A DNA stretch of 64,000 bases from an uncultured Acidobacteriota bacterium (GCA_963777605.1 CAVZRV010000007.1:704001-768000), one strand, 5' to 3'. Positions 9,728 to 20,392 are shown, numbered from the stretch's first letter. Numbers and translations are program-made. The notes: a model not told the origin generated them from the sequence alone.

Positions 9728-10593
9728 CAGTGTTCCTTGAGGAGGACAAACTCGGTCCGCCGGTTCAGGGCGTAGGCTTCCTCCGTCTGCCCCTTGTCGA
9801 AGGGGCGTTCCTCACCAAGGGATACGGTGGCAATCCGGTTGGCGTCGATCCCATGCTCAACCAGGTAATCCCGGACTACGGCCGCCCGCTTGTCGCCCAG
9901 CGCAAGATTGTATTCTTCGCTTCCACGTTCGTCGGTATGTCCTTCCAGCACAAAACGGATCACTCGATTCTCGGGTCGGTTCAGCCATCGCACATCCGCA
10001 TCGAGCGTCAACCTCGATTCCGCCGTCAGTTCGGCGCTGTCGAAGGAAAAGAAAACCGGGTTCACTTCAACCTTAAACTGCTCGTCCGGCGTCAATCTTC
10101 TGAGGTTCTCGGAGCTCACGTCCCCGGCAACCGGGGCGCCGACTCTTACTTCCACCGTGGCCTTTCGGGTCAGCTCGCCCCCGGGCCCTTCCGCTGTAAA
10201 CGTGTATGTAGTGGTGGCGTCCGGGTAGAATTTGATCCGGCCCGAAGCCTCCACCTCTCCAATCGCCGGTTCGATGTTGACTCGCGTCGTATTCTGGCTT
10301 TGCCAGGTCAGGAGTGCCGACTCTCCAGGGTTGATAACCGACGGTTCGACTCGAAGCTCGAGCGTCGGAGCCATGACAACACCTCCCCTGTCGGTACCGG
10401 CCGATTCATCCACACTGGGAGTGCCGACAGGTCCCGGGGACGGTGGAAGCGGGGGAGGCCTTTTTCCACAACTGCCGAGGATTAGCAGGACCATCAGGAG
10501 AGCCGCCAGCTTCCCCGAAAGGGACAACCGGGCGATCCATCCCGGGCTCAGCCGACAACGATTTGGAATGCGCTTGAGTTCAGGAATTTTCAC
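9727..10593 (-). CDS. Pal/OmpA-family peptidoglycan-associated lipoprotein with an extra Ig/PKD-like domain
   Basis: Lipobox ILGSC, Pro-rich linker, INPGESALLTW...TTTYTFTAEGPGG domain, OmpA-like VFFSFDS...EGHTDERGSEEYNLALGDKRA...NRR. Confidence 0.9.
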   Translation of the reverse strand: MKIPELKRIPNRCRLSPGWIARLSLSGKLAALLMVLLILGSCGKRPPPLPPSPGPVGTPSVDESAGTDRGGVVMAPTLELRVEPSVINPGESALLTWQSQNTTRVNIEPAIGEVEASGRIKFYPDATTTYTFTAEGPGGELTRKATVEVRVGAPVAGDVSSENLRRLTPDEQFKVEVNPVFFSFDSAELTAESRLTLDADVRWLNRPENRVIRFVLEGHTDERGSEEYNLALGDKRAAVVRDYLVEHGIDANRIATVSLGEERPFDKGQTEEAYALNRRTEFVLLKEH

Positions 10594-11843
10594 GACGCGC
10601 CTACGATCACAGTGGTGTAGTTTAACGTATCCAAATAAAGTCGAGCAACCCGGGAGACGTCGCTAAGCGTAACAGATCTAATAAGATCCGGGTAACGGTC
10701 AGGGTACTCGGCCGAGAGCCCAAACACTTCGATCAGCAACAGCAAACGAGCCACAGAGAGGTTCGACTGGAGTTCAAAGACGAAGTTGCCGGTCAGAAAA
10801 GCTTGGGCCGCCTCAAGTTCGTCGGCCTGGGGCCCTCCTTCCACAAATGCTTCGATCTCCCGAAGCAAGGCTTCCCGTGCACGGGTCAGGTTCTCGGGGG
10901 CCGTCCCAATATAGGCAACGAACCTCCCAGGATAGATTCCCGCAGATCCGGCAAGATCGGAGTAGGTCAGGTAGGCTAATCCCCACTCATCTCTCAGGTG
11001 CCTGGGGATTCGGCTGGTGAAACCGGGGCCGCCCCCCAGAACCGTGTCCATGACCTGTGCCGCATAATAGTCAGGACTGCTGCGCGCGATACCGAGGTGT
11101 CCCAGATAGAGATTGACCTGTTCCTTGTCCATGAAGAAGGAATCCAGGACCGGTTCCGACTGCCGGGTCAAGCCCTCCAGGCTCGCCAGGTCCAGGTCCG
11201 GGTTGTTCCAATCGCCAAACTGCCGCCCGACCTCCCCGATCGCGACGCCCAAATCGATATCTCCAACGATTACGACAACACAGTTCTCCGGTCCGTACTT
11301 CCTGCGATGAAAGTCCTGGAGTTGTTCCCGGGAGATTTGAGCCACACTCTCCACCGTTCCAAGCACCGGGTCCGCCAGCGGAGTTCCCCTGTAGATCCAC
11401 CGATTGAGACGCTGGCTGCCGACCAGTTGAGGATCGTCGGCCATCGACATCAGGTGACCGATAACCTGGTGTCGTTCGAGCTCGATACGTCTCTCCGGAA
11501 AAATCGGCCGCTGCAACATGTCCGCCAGCAACTCCACTCCGATTCTGAGATGTCTGGAACGGAGGGTCAGACTGACACCCGACAACTCCCGTTCGCTGAA
11601 GCTGCTGATCTCGGCCCCGATGCCCTCGAGTTCCCCGGATATCTCCCGGTGAGTTCGGGACTCCGTTCCCTCCTCGAGGAGCCTCGCAGTCAACGAAGCC
11701 ATCCCTGGCCACTCGACAGGGTTCTGGTCCTTTCCAGCCAGGAAGAATGCACTCACGGATACAAGCGGAACCTTCCGCGTCCGATGGTGGAGAAGCCGGA
11801 GCCCGTTGTCGAGGTGCACCCTCTGAAACCATGGGTCAGCCAT
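10590..11843 (-). CDS. M16 (insulinase) peptidase, non-catalytic subunit
   Basis: LDNGLRL, GMASLTARLLEEGT (no HxxEH), LGGGPGFTSRI...LRDEWGLAY; overlaps the catalytic-subunit gene. Confidence 0.9.
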   Translation of the reverse strand: MADPWFQRVHLDNGLRLLHHRTRKVPLVSVSAFFLAGKDQNPVEWPGMASLTARLLEEGTESRTHREISGELEGIGAEISSFSERELSGVSLTLRSRHLRIGVELLADMLQRPIFPERRIELERHQVIGHLMSMADDPQLVGSQRLNRWIYRGTPLADPVLGTVESVAQISREQLQDFHRRKYGPENCVVVIVGDIDLGVAIGEVGRQFGDWNNPDLDLASLEGLTRQSEPVLDSFFMDKEQVNLYLGHLGIARSSPDYYAAQVMDTVLGGGPGFTSRIPRHLRDEWGLAYLTYSDLAGSAGIYPGRFVAYIGTAPENLTRAREALLREIEAFVEGGPQADELEAAQAFLTGNFVFELQSNLSVARLLLLIEVFGLSAEYPDRYPDLIRSVTLSDVSRVARLYLDTLNYTTVIVGAS

Positions 11844-13095
11844 GATTTTCCTCTGCTGGAAGTACGCAGGTGACGGCCGAACCCGGGGACAGATACCGCC
11901 GCACGCAATCTCGGATCTCGACCGGCTGGACCGCTTCCACGCGTTCGATCAGTCGGTTCAGGCTCTCCCAGTGGTCGAGCACCGCGAAGAGACCAAGCTG
12001 GAAAGCCTGGTCAAACGGGCTTTCCAGGTCTGTCAAGAAGCTGGTCAACGACTGGTTCTGAGCTTTGCCCAATTCGTCGTGGCCAATCAATTGATTCCCC
12101 AGGTCCTCGAGGACTTCTTCAACGGCCGCAACCACACGATCCGGGCTCACGCCCTCAGCCAGCTCGAAGCGAAAAATGAAGTGATAGGGGTCGATCGTCT
12201 CTTCCAGCTCGGTGGACTGAAACGAAACCAGTTCCTCTTCCTCTACGAGGCGCTGGTGGAGACGAGAGAGTTTCCCCTGTGAAAGGATTCGGTCAAGGAG
12301 CATGAATCGGACAAAATCGGGCGAGCTGAGGGCCGGCGCGGGAAAGGCCATCATGATTCGCGTGACACCGCTCGGCTGCTGGAGAGTTCCCCGCCAGGGC
12401 CCCGCTATCCGTCTGCCCCTGTGCCTGGCGTGGCGAGGTCTGCGCTCTCCCGGCAGCTTCCCAAAGTGATCCCGGATCGATTCCAGGACAGACTCTCGTT
12501 CGAAGTCTCCGGCAATCACCAGGGTGGCATTGCCGGGGACGTAGAACCTCCGGTAATAGGATCGCACCGCTCGGCGATTGAATCGGACAATGTCGTCAGG
12601 CAGGCCAACGATCGGCTTGCCGTACGGATGATCGGGGAAGGCGACCCGGTCAATCAGTTGCTGCATCGCCTCCCAGGGATTGTCCAGGCTCATCCTGGCT
12701 TCCTCGAGTACAACCTGGCGCTCCAGCTCGAACTCGTGCCGGACGAACCGGGTGTTGACCATTCGGTCCGCCTCCATCTCCAGCGAGTGGAGCCATCGAT
12801 CCGAGGCGAACGAGAAGTAATAGGCCGTGAAGTCATGCCCCGTGAAGGCGTTATTGTATCCGCCGTTCATCGTCGTCTGGAAGTCGATTTCTCCCTTGCC
12901 GAAGCGCTCAGTTCCCTTGAACATCATGTGCTCAATGAAATGAGACATCCCACTGAAACCGGCCCGCTCATCACGGCCGCCGACCCGGTACCAGATCATT
13001 GACGTAACGATGGGGACAGAGTGATCCTCACGAGTCAGGATTCTGAGCCCGTTTTCCAGCGATGACTCAGTAACTTCGGTTAAACTGAACGGCAG
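11836..13095 (-). CDS. M16 (insulinase) zinc peptidase, catalytic subunit
   Basis: HFIEHMMFKGT zinc motif, NAFT, ERQVVLEE, HPYGKP. The frame stays open and homologous upstream of the called ATG at 12999 (LTEVTESSLENGLRILTREDHSVPIVTS); start tentatively CTG at 13095. Confidence 0.88.
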   Translation of the reverse strand: MPFSLTEVTESSLENGLRILTREDHSVPIVTSMIWYRVGGRDERAGFSGMSHFIEHMMFKGTERFGKGEIDFQTTMNGGYNNAFTGHDFTAYYFSFASDRWLHSLEMEADRMVNTRFVRHEFELERQVVLEEARMSLDNPWEAMQQLIDRVAFPDHPYGKPIVGLPDDIVRFNRRAVRSYYRRFYVPGNATLVIAGDFERESVLESIRDHFGKLPGERRPRHARHRGRRIAGPWRGTLQQPSGVTRIMMAFPAPALSSPDFVRFMLLDRILSQGKLSRLHQRLVEEEELVSFQSTELEETIDPYHFIFRFELAEGVSPDRVVAAVEEVLEDLGNQLIGHDELGKAQNQSLTSFLTDLESPFDQAFQLGLFAVLDHWESLNRLIERVEAVQPVEIRDCVRRYLSPGSAVTCVLPAEENHG

Positions 13096-13109
13096 AAGGC
13101 GGCATCTCC

Positions 13110-14474
13110 ATGAAAGTAGGACGGAAAATCAAACCCACGATTCTTGTAGCGCTCCTGATTATAGCCTCTACCGCACTCCTCGCTGAAGTGCCAGACATGC
13201 TCAGGCTGCCCGAAATCGACCGGCGGCCGCTCCTGAACGGAATGCAGACTCTCTTCTTCGATAGCGAAGGCGATCGCTGCCACTTTGTCATGATGATCGA
13301 GAACGGGGCTGCGTTCGACCCGGTCGACAAGTGGGGCGCCACCTACGTCATGATGGACCTGGTCGTTGAAGGGTTGGCTGAGCGGAACCTTGCCCCTGAG
13401 TTCACGGCGCGAAACATCGAACTCACCTACGAAGTCGATTGGGACGCACTCTATTTGATCGGCAGCGCGCCTTCCAAAGACATGGAATTCGCCCTGATGA
13501 CGCTTGCTGAACTCGTGGTCGAGCCCAATTTCACCGAGGAGGGTTTTCAGCGGTCACGCGACAAGCTGCTGGCCAAGCTCAAGGAAAAGGATTCGGACAT
13601 CGGCTCGATTACGCAGGCCCTGTTCATTTCCCGGATCTTCGGCGCCAACCCCTACTCCCACTCTGTCAAGGGTACCGTTGAGACGATCGAGAACCTGGAC
13701 CTGCGCGATATTAAGATTCAGGCTCGCCGGCTGCTTCTGCCTAACCAGGCCCGCCTCGCGCTCGCATTTTCGGGCGATCGTGACAACCTCTTCCGGCGCC
13801 TCAGTCGGAGATGGGGAGCCTGGGTCCGCCAGGAGGCGGCTCCCTTTACGTTCCGTCAGAGCAATATGCCGTCGGAAGACCAGATCGTCCTCGTCCCTCA
13901 TGCGGAGGAAGGCCGCAGCTTGATCCGCTGGGGCTATTTAGGAGTCGAGCGGTCCTCTCGGCAGTACTTGACATACAAGGTTCTGGAGCAGTACTTGACA
14001 CTCTCTCTTCCCGACTGGGCCCAGGAAGTCGCGGCCCAGACCCAAATTCGAGGATATGCCCGTGTCGAAGCCCGCAAGATGCCTGGGTTCCTGCAGATCA
14101 GCCTCGACTCGGCGCCGGAACGGGTTCCCACGTATCTGCGCAAGTTCAGGTCGGTTCTCGCCGCACTGAAAGAGGGCCAAATCAACGAGAAGCGGTTCGC
14201 AGAAGCAAAGCTTCTTCTTCTCCAGGAACTTCAGTCCAATATGGACAACCCGCTGGCCAGGATTCGGGAAGTACTGGCAACGGAATTGTACGACTTGGGC
14301 ATTAATTTCATCCCCACCTTTCCACTACGGCTCGAGAGAGTGACGCCGGAGGTGTTTCGAAATACTGTTAAGGAGGGCTTTCCGGAGGGAGGTTCGGTGG
14401 CAGTAATTGCAACTCCGAACGACTCGATGAAGGCTGAATTGGAGGAACTTGGCAAAGTAGAAGTCTTGAATTAA
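13110..14474 (+). CDS. Exported M16-family protein lacking HxxEH (probably inactive)
   Basis: Signal peptide MKVGRKIKPTILVALLIIASTALLA; LLNGMQ, GAAFDPVDKWG, NPYSHSVKGTVETIENL features of the M16 fold. Confidence 0.8.
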   Translation: MKVGRKIKPTILVALLIIASTALLAEVPDMLRLPEIDRRPLLNGMQTLFFDSEGDRCHFVMMIENGAAFDPVDKWGATYVMMDLVVEGLAERNLAPEFTARNIELTYEVDWDALYLIGSAPSKDMEFALMTLAELVVEPNFTEEGFQRSRDKLLAKLKEKDSDIGSITQALFISRIFGANPYSHSVKGTVETIENLDLRDIKIQARRLLLPNQARLALAFSGDRDNLFRRLSRRWGAWVRQEAAPFTFRQSNMPSEDQIVLVPHAEEGRSLIRWGYLGVERSSRQYLTYKVLEQYLTLSLPDWAQEVAAQTQIRGYARVEARKMPGFLQISLDSAPERVPTYLRKFRSVLAALKEGQINEKRFAEAKLLLLQELQSNMDNPLARIREVLATELYDLGINFIPTFPLRLERVTPEVFRNTVKEGFPEGGSVAVIATPNDSMKAELEELGKVEVLN

Positions 14475-14494
14475 CTTCTTGAAGCCGCTAAAAT
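14466..14494 (+). promoter_or_regulatory. Sigma70-type promoter of the rimP operon
   Basis: TTGAAT (14466-14471), 17 nt spacer, TAAAAT (14489-14494). Confidence 0.65.
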
Positions 14495-14516
14495 TACGCC
14501 GGTAGGCGTCTACTCC

Positions 14517-14547
14517 AAAAGTGGGCACATGCCCACTTTTTTATTTT
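14517..14547 (+). promoter_or_regulatory. rimP leader hairpin (terminator/attenuator-like)
   Basis: AAAAGTGGGC-ACAT-GCCCACTTTT followed by a T-rich tract just before rimP; a GTGGG...CCCAC hairpin here is widespread in bacteria. Confidence 0.8.
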
Positions 14548-14556
14548 GGGCGGGTA

Positions 14557-15015
14557 ATGATTGGCGTTGCGCAGCGGGCGCGGGATCTCATCAAATCAGT
14601 CGTTGAAGAAGAAGGTTTTGAGCTGGTTCACGTGGAATACACGGCGACGGGCTCTGCGCCTGTTCTGCGGGTGTACGTAGACAGACCAGGAGGTATCACC
14701 CTCTCGGATTGCGCGGGATTGAGTAGAAGGATCAGTGTCCTCCTCGACGTGGAGGATTTTATCCCGACTCATTACTTATTGGAAGTGTCTTCGCCGGGAA
14801 TCGAGCGTCCACTCTTTACAGAGCGCGACTATTTACGGTTCAACGGACGGGAAATCCGTCTGAGTACCCGAGAGAAGATAGACAAGCGAAGGAACTTTAG
14901 AGGGACTATAGAGGAATTCCATGACGGCATTGTGCGCCTTCGTTGTGCAAATCAGGTCTATGAGATCCCGTTTGCACAGGTGAAACGCGCTAACTTGGTA
15001 TACGACTTTGATTGA
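14557..15015 (+). CDS. rimP: Ribosome maturation factor RimP
   Basis: GFELVHVE, VLRVYVDRPGGITLSDC, YLLEVSSPGIERPL; first gene before nusA. Start set at ATG 14557, after the leader hairpin. Confidence 0.96.
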   Translation: MIGVAQRARDLIKSVVEEEGFELVHVEYTATGSAPVLRVYVDRPGGITLSDCAGLSRRISVLLDVEDFIPTHYLLEVSSPGIERPLFTERDYLRFNGREIRLSTREKIDKRRNFRGTIEEFHDGIVRLRCANQVYEIPFAQVKRANLVYDFD

Positions 15016-15065
15016 GCAATGGCCGATTGGCGGGCAACCGTCCGGCCGGCCGGGTAAGAGACAAG

Positions 15066-16466
15066 ATGGTAAACGCACTGACGCAAACCATTGAACAACT
15101 GAGCAAGGAAAAGGGCATCAATCCGGAACTGGTCTACCAGGCGTTGGAAGATGCCATGGTTGCTGCCGCCCGCAGGTACTTCAAGACCGAGGAAGAGCTC
15201 CAGGCGACGATCGACAGGGAGACCGGTCAGATCGAGGTGTTCGCGGTCAAGGAAGTTGTGGACGAGGTCGAGGACCCGGCGACCCAGATGTCCCTGGACG
15301 ATGCGCTGGCAATTGACGGGACCTTCGAGGTGGGTGACTACATCGAACTACCCAAGAAGATCGTCGAGTTTGGGCGGATTGCTGCGCAGACCGCCAAGCA
15401 GGTGATCGTCCAGAAGGTTCGTGAGGCGGAGCGGGAGATCATTTTCGCCGAGTTCTCCGATCAGATCGGCAGTGTGGTCAATGGTATCGTCCGACGCTAT
15501 GAAGGCAGGGACGTAATCCTGGACATCGGACGTACGGAGGCCATCCTCCCGCTGAACCAGCAGTCGAGAAACGAGATGTATAACCAGGGTGATCGGTTGC
15601 GCGCGGTCATCGTTGAAGTTCACCGCCAGGCCAAGGGCCCTCAGATCGTGGTTTCCCGAAACCATCCCAGCCTGTTGATTCGTCTGTTCGAGAGTGAGAT
15701 TCCCGAGGTCTTTGACGGGACCGTACTGATCAAGAATGCGGTCCGTGAAGGAGGCGAACGGGCGAAAGTCGCAGTCGCGAGTACGGATGCTTCGGTCGAT
15801 CCGGTTGGTGCCTGTGTCGGAATGAAGGGCAGCCGGATCAACTCGGTAATCCGTGAACTGCGCGGCGAGAAGATTGACATCATCAACTTCTCGGGCGACA
15901 TTATCGAGTACACTGTTCATGCTCTGAATCCAGCCAGAATCTCTCGGGTTCTCGTGGCAGATCCGGTCGATAAGATTCTCGAGGTCATTGTCGCTGAGGA
16001 CCAGTTGTCCCTGGCCATTGGACGCAAGGGCCAGAATGTGCGATTGGCTTCCAAGCTGTTGGGCTGGGAAATCAACATCAAGAGCGAACAGGAAAAGAAG
16101 CTGGAAATAATGAACCAGATGGACCAGTTGGACGCGTCCTCTGCGGCCGAGAAAGATGACATCCCGATCGTCCAGTTGCCAGGCGTCGGCGATGTGGTTC
16201 AGGGTCGGCTGGAAGAGGCCGGTATCGAAACGGTCCAGGATCTGGCCGCGTGTTCGTTCGAAGAACTGGTTTCCATTCCCGGCATCGGCGACAAGACCGC
16301 TCAGCGGCTGAAACAGAGTGCCGAACTGCTGCTGGCTGCCCCCGCGGTGGTGTTGGCAGAGGTCGCAGAGCGTCAGAAGGCCGAAAGAGCAGCGAAAGAA
16401 GGCCTCGTGGAAGAGAACACTTCGGAAGAAGCCGCCGCCGGGAACGAAGAGGAGACGCCCGCATAG
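15066..16466 (+). CDS. nusA: Transcription termination/antitermination factor NusA
   Basis: FGRIAAQTAKQVI, S1 and KH domains (DPVGACVGMKGSR, LSLAIGRKGQNVRLA), C-terminal HhH repeats and acidic tail. Confidence 0.97.
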   Translation: MVNALTQTIEQLSKEKGINPELVYQALEDAMVAAARRYFKTEEELQATIDRETGQIEVFAVKEVVDEVEDPATQMSLDDALAIDGTFEVGDYIELPKKIVEFGRIAAQTAKQVIVQKVREAEREIIFAEFSDQIGSVVNGIVRRYEGRDVILDIGRTEAILPLNQQSRNEMYNQGDRLRAVIVEVHRQAKGPQIVVSRNHPSLLIRLFESEIPEVFDGTVLIKNAVREGGERAKVAVASTDASVDPVGACVGMKGSRINSVIRELRGEKIDIINFSGDIIEYTVHALNPARISRVLVADPVDKILEVIVAEDQLSLAIGRKGQNVRLASKLLGWEINIKSEQEKKLEIMNQMDQLDASSAAEKDDIPIVQLPGVGDVVQGRLEEAGIETVQDLAACSFEELVSIPGIGDKTAQRLKQSAELLLAAPAVVLAEVAERQKAERAAKEGLVEENTSEEAAAGNEEETPA

Positions 16467-16477
16467 GTAACGAAGGA

Positions 16478-19111
16478 ATGGAACAAATCACAGTAAAAGA
16501 ATTGGCAACCGAATTCGAGCTGAAGAGCACGCTCGTCATCTCCGAACTGAAGAAGATCGGAGTATGGGTTCCGTCTGCCACTACGCTGGTCGATACCGAC
16601 ATAGCCAATCGAATCCGGAAGCGCCTTCAGACTCTGGTGGAAGCAGACCAGGATGATAAGGACCGCAAGGCAGACCGTCCCCGCAAGGTTGCCGGCTCAA
16701 AGGCGCGGCGATCCATCAAGGAACTGGGTACGGCGCGCAAACGCTCAGCCAGCAAGAAGGTTGAAGAGGCCGCTACCGAAGCGGAAGCAGCCAGTCTGCT
16801 CGCTGGATCCTTGAAGCCACGTAAGGGGCGCCGATCAACCTATCAGAAGATGGAGGCCCTCAAGGAGGACCATGTCCCAGAGAGGACCGAGGTCACCATC
16901 GAAGACGAGCCGGTCATCGAACCGGCCGAAGTGACCGCACCGGAAGCTCCGGTTGAAGTGGCGGAGGAGTTGACGCTCGAGGCCGCAGGCGCCGAGACGA
17001 CGGAGGAGGCGCCAGTCGAAACGGTCTCGGAAGTCACCCGGGTGGAAGCCGCTGAACCGGTCGAGGAAGTCGTGCAGGAAGCCGGGTCGGCGACAGCAGA
17101 GGCAGCTGAAGAAGAGCCCCCTGCCGAAGAAGCCGAATCAGCTAAAGAGCAGGAGGAATCTGAACCCGTGCCGCCAGTGGATGCGATCGCTGAACCCGAA
17201 CAGGAAGTTGCCCAGCCGACGGCTGAGGAGTTAGTGGCCGAAGGACGGCCTCAGCGCGTGAAGCAGTCACTTGTCAGAAAGAAACAGAAAAAGGAGCGGG
17301 CCAAGGAAAAGGCGAAATCGGAGCCTGCCGCTGACGAAAAAGGCGGCGTAAGCGGTCCGCGTGAGATCTTCTTCCCTGAGCGAATTTCCGTCAAGTCGTT
17401 CGCAGAGGAGACCGGACTCAAGAGTAACGAGATCATCCGAACTCTGATGCAGCAGGGAATGATGGTCACCATGAACCAGCTCCTTGACGAGGCCACGGTA
17501 GAAAAACTTTGCGAGAAGTTCGAGATCGTTCCTCACTTTAAGACTTTTGAAGAGGTTGCGGCGATCCAGGAGCGGAGCGAAGAGCGGCCCGAAGACCTGG
17601 AAGGCCGGGCCCCGGTGGTTACCGTCATGGGGCATGTCGACCATGGTAAGACCACGCTCCTCGATTTCATCCGCCACACGCAGGTTGCTGACGGTGAGGC
17701 AGGCGGGATCACCCAGCACATTGGCGCCTACGATGTTTACACGAACGACCGGAAGATTGTCTTCATCGACACCCCCGGCCATGAAGCATTCACCCGAATG
17801 CGGGCCCGAGGCGCCCAGGCAACCGACATCGTGGTCCTGGTGGTCGCGGCCGACGACGGCGTGATGCCCCAGACCCTCGAGGCGATTGATCACGCGCATG
17901 CGGCCAAGGTTCCGATCATCGTGGCCGTCAACAAGATCGACAAACCGGGTGCTCAGCCCGACCGGGTCAAGCAGCAGTTGAGTGACCGGGGCCTGGTCCC
18001 CGAAGACTGGGGCGGTGACACCATCATGGTGGATGTCTCGGCCAAGGAGGGCACCAACGTCGAATCATTGCTCGAGATGATCCTGCTCGTCTCCGAGATG
18101 CAGGAAATGAAGGCGAACCCGAGTGTCGGTGCTTCGGGTGTTGTGCTGGAAGCCAAGATGGAGCGGGGCCGCGGCACGGTTGCGACCCTTCTGGTCCAGA
18201 ACGGAACCCTTCGGGTCAGTGACAACTTCATCGCCGGCAGCGCCTACGGTCGAATTCGTGCCATGAACAATGACCGCGGCGAAACCCTGTCCGAGGTCGG
18301 ACCGAGCAGTGCCATCGAGGTTCTCGGGCTCCAGGCAATGCCCCAGGCGGGCGATGCGTTCCAGGTCGTGGACGATGCCGGCAAGGCCAAGGACATGGTT
18401 TCCTTTCGGCAGGAAAAGCAGCGCGAACACGACCTCGCAAAATCGGCGAAGGTCAGCCTGGACGACCTCTTTGCCCAACTGCGGGAAGGCGAGGTCAAGG
18501 AACTTCCGGTCGTGCTCAAGGGTGACACCCAGGGATCCGTCGAGGTCCTCGAAGATACCCTCGGGAAGCTCAGCACCGCGAAGGTCCGCATCAACGTCAT
18601 CCACAAGAACGTTGGGGCGATTTCCGAGTCGGACGTTCTCCTGGCATCAGCATCGAATGCCATCATTATTGGGTTCAACGTTCGGCCGGAGAGCAGCGCC
18701 AAGAACCTCGCCGACAAGGAAGAGGTGGAAATTCGCTTCTACAGCGTCATCTACGACGTAGCTCGCGAGGTCGAACAGGCCATGCTGGGACTGCTCGATC
18801 CGACTTTTCAGGAACGCTATCAGGGACGGGCGGAGGTTCGGGACACCTTCCGGATTCCGAAAGTTGGAGCGATTGCCGGTTGTTATGTTCAGGACGGGGT
18901 GATTACCCGTAACTCCCTGGTTCGCCTCCTGCGCGACAGTGTGGTCACGTTTGAAGGAAGACTTTCCTCGCTGAAGCGCTTCAAGGATGACGTGGGAGAA
19001 GTAAAGACCGGTTACGAATGCGGCATCGGGATCGCCAATTTTAACGACATCAAAGTGGGTGATGTCATCGAGGCCTTCGTTCGAGAAGAAGTCGCTCCCC
19101 AGTTGACCTGA
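16478..19111 (+). CDS. infB: Translation initiation factor IF-2
   Basis: [46 protein letters not shown]; Glu/Ala-rich N-terminal linker. Start at ATG 16478 ([10 protein letters not shown]) after GAAGGA. Confidence 0.97.
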   Translation: MEQITVKELATEFELKSTLVISELKKIGVWVPSATTLVDTDIANRIRKRLQTLVEADQDDKDRKADRPRKVAGSKARRSIKELGTARKRSASKKVEEAATEAEAASLLAGSLKPRKGRRSTYQKMEALKEDHVPERTEVTIEDEPVIEPAEVTAPEAPVEVAEELTLEAAGAETTEEAPVETVSEVTRVEAAEPVEEVVQEAGSATAEAAEEEPPAEEAESAKEQEESEPVPPVDAIAEPEQEVAQPTAEELVAEGRPQRVKQSLVRKKQKKERAKEKAKSEPAADEKGGVSGPREIFFPERISVKSFAEETGLKSNEIIRTLMQQGMMVTMNQLLDEATVEKLCEKFEIVPHFKTFEEVAAIQERSEERPEDLEGRAPVVTVMGHVDHGKTTLLDFIRHTQVADGEAGGITQHIGAYDVYTNDRKIVFIDTPGHEAFTRMRARGAQATDIVVLVVAADDGVMPQTLEAIDHAHAAKVPIIVAVNKIDKPGAQPDRVKQQLSDRGLVPEDWGGDTIMVDVSAKEGTNVESLLEMILLVSEMQEMKANPSVGASGVVLEAKMERGRGTVATLLVQNGTLRVSDNFIAGSAYGRIRAMNNDRGETLSEVGPSSAIEVLGLQAMPQAGDAFQVVDDAGKAKDMVSFRQEKQREHDLAKSAKVSLDDLFAQLREGEVKELPVVLKGDTQGSVEVLEDTLGKLSTAKVRINVIHKNVGAISESDVLLASASNAIIIGFNVRPESSAKNLADKEEVEIRFYSVIYDVAREVEQAMLGLLDPTFQERYQGRAEVRDTFRIPKVGAIAGCYVQDGVITRNSLVRLLRDSVVTFEGRLSSLKRFKDDVGEVKTGYECGIGIANFNDIKVGDVIEAFVREEVAPQLT

Positions 19112-19138
19112 CATCCCTGCTCCCGCTGCGATTGAGGA

Positions 19139-19435
19139 TTGCTTGTGCCTATTCTCTTTTGTTCTGCTGAGCTTTATCTGCCCTACTGCCACTCGCTCAA
19201 AGAGAAGCGGCGAGTCATCAAGAGTGCGCAGGAGAAGTTGCGGAACCGCTTCAAATGTTCGGCCAGCGAACTGGATCACCAGGAACTCTGGCAGCGAAGC
19301 CGCATCGGTCTGGCAGTGATTGCTTCCGACCGGCGTTTTCTCGATCAACTGGCTGACCGGATTCAGGAAGAGTGCGAACAGATTCTGGGCGGTAGCCTGC
19401 TCAACTTCACCTCGGAAATGCTGGAGCACCAGTGA
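19139..19435 (+). CDS. DUF503 (YlxP) family protein
   Basis: HSLKEKRRVIKS...LRNRFKCSASELDHQELWQRSRIG; position after infB. Confidence 0.9.
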   Translation: MLVPILFCSAELYLPYCHSLKEKRRVIKSAQEKLRNRFKCSASELDHQELWQRSRIGLAVIASDRRFLDQLADRIQEECEQILGGSLLNFTSEMLEHQ

Positions 19436-20392
19436 TGATTCTTCGCGACATAGCCGCCTTCATTCAACGCTACGACAATTTCCTGATTACCGCCCACAGC
19501 CGCCCGGATGGTGATGCGATCGGGACCCAACTTGCCCTGGCGGCCGCCCTCCGGAAGCATGGCAAGAAGGTGGAGATCGTCAACGCAGACCCTTTTCCTC
19601 CCAGTTACCGCAATTTGCCGGGAGCGGGCGACATTCGGATCGCGCCGAGCGTGTCGGCCAGTTCGTTCGAGGCGCTGATCATCCTGGAATGCGCAAACCT
19701 GGAACGAACCGGCCTGCTGGGTCTGGAAGGACTCCCCACGCTCAACATCGACCACCACCCCGTCAACGATTATTATCGGTGAAATCAACTGGGTGGACCC
19801 GACGGCTGCCGCAGTTGCAGAAATGCTCTTCACTATGCTGGTGTCGATGGGATGGGAGGTCACGCCCGATATCGCGACCAATCTTTATGCCGCTATTCTC
19901 ACGGACACTGGATCCTTCCAGTTCTCGAACACGACCGCGGCAACCTTCCAGATCGTCTCTCAGCTGGTTCTGGCCGGGGCTCAGCCATCCGAAATCGCCG
20001 AGGAGGTGCTGCTCCGCCAGTCCGAAGCCCGGCTTCGCCTGATCGCCCGCCTCCTCAGCACTCTCGAAATCGACCACGGTGGGAAAATCGCCTGGATCCG
20101 CCTGGACCGAAAAATGCTCACGGAGACGGGGGCACACCGCCACGACACCGAGGGCCTGGTCAATTATCCGCTCAATATCAACGGGGTTCAGCTATGCGCA
20201 TTCTTCCGGGAGGAAGACGCACAAGAGTTTCGAGTCAGCCTCCGATCCAAAGGCCAACTTGACGTGGGGCAGGTAGCCCAGGAGTTTGGCGGGGGCGGGC
20301 ACCGTAATGCAGCCGGACTTTCGGTTGCCGGGACATTCGAAGAGGCCCGGGATGCGGTCATCGAGTCCCTTCGTCAGCTATTGGAGCCCTGA
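19432..20392 (+). CDS. nrnA: DHH/DHHA1 phosphoesterase (NrnA-like), one +1 frameshift near 19777
   Basis: HSRPDGDAIG and NIDHH in the first ORF; removing one base at TATTATCGGTGAAATC gives ...NDYxGEINWVDP joining the second ORF (TDTGSF, RVSLRS, FGGGGHRNAAG). Confidence 0.85.

Noticed and set aside
16250-16477. Long N-terminal extensions in the ORF track (infB from 16250; likewise 3955, 20286, 26880, 47417)
   Set aside because: They overlap neighbouring genes or promoter regions; better starts with SD or -10 signals lie downstream.
16860-17240. Repetitive-looking GAA/GAG/GCC-rich stretch
   Set aside because: It encodes the low-complexity Glu/Ala/Pro linker of IF-2; not a DNA repeat array.
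19770-19795. TGA inside the DHH gene as possible selenocysteine
   Set aside because: The downstream half is in a different frame; a one-base indel explains it and no Cys is expected there.
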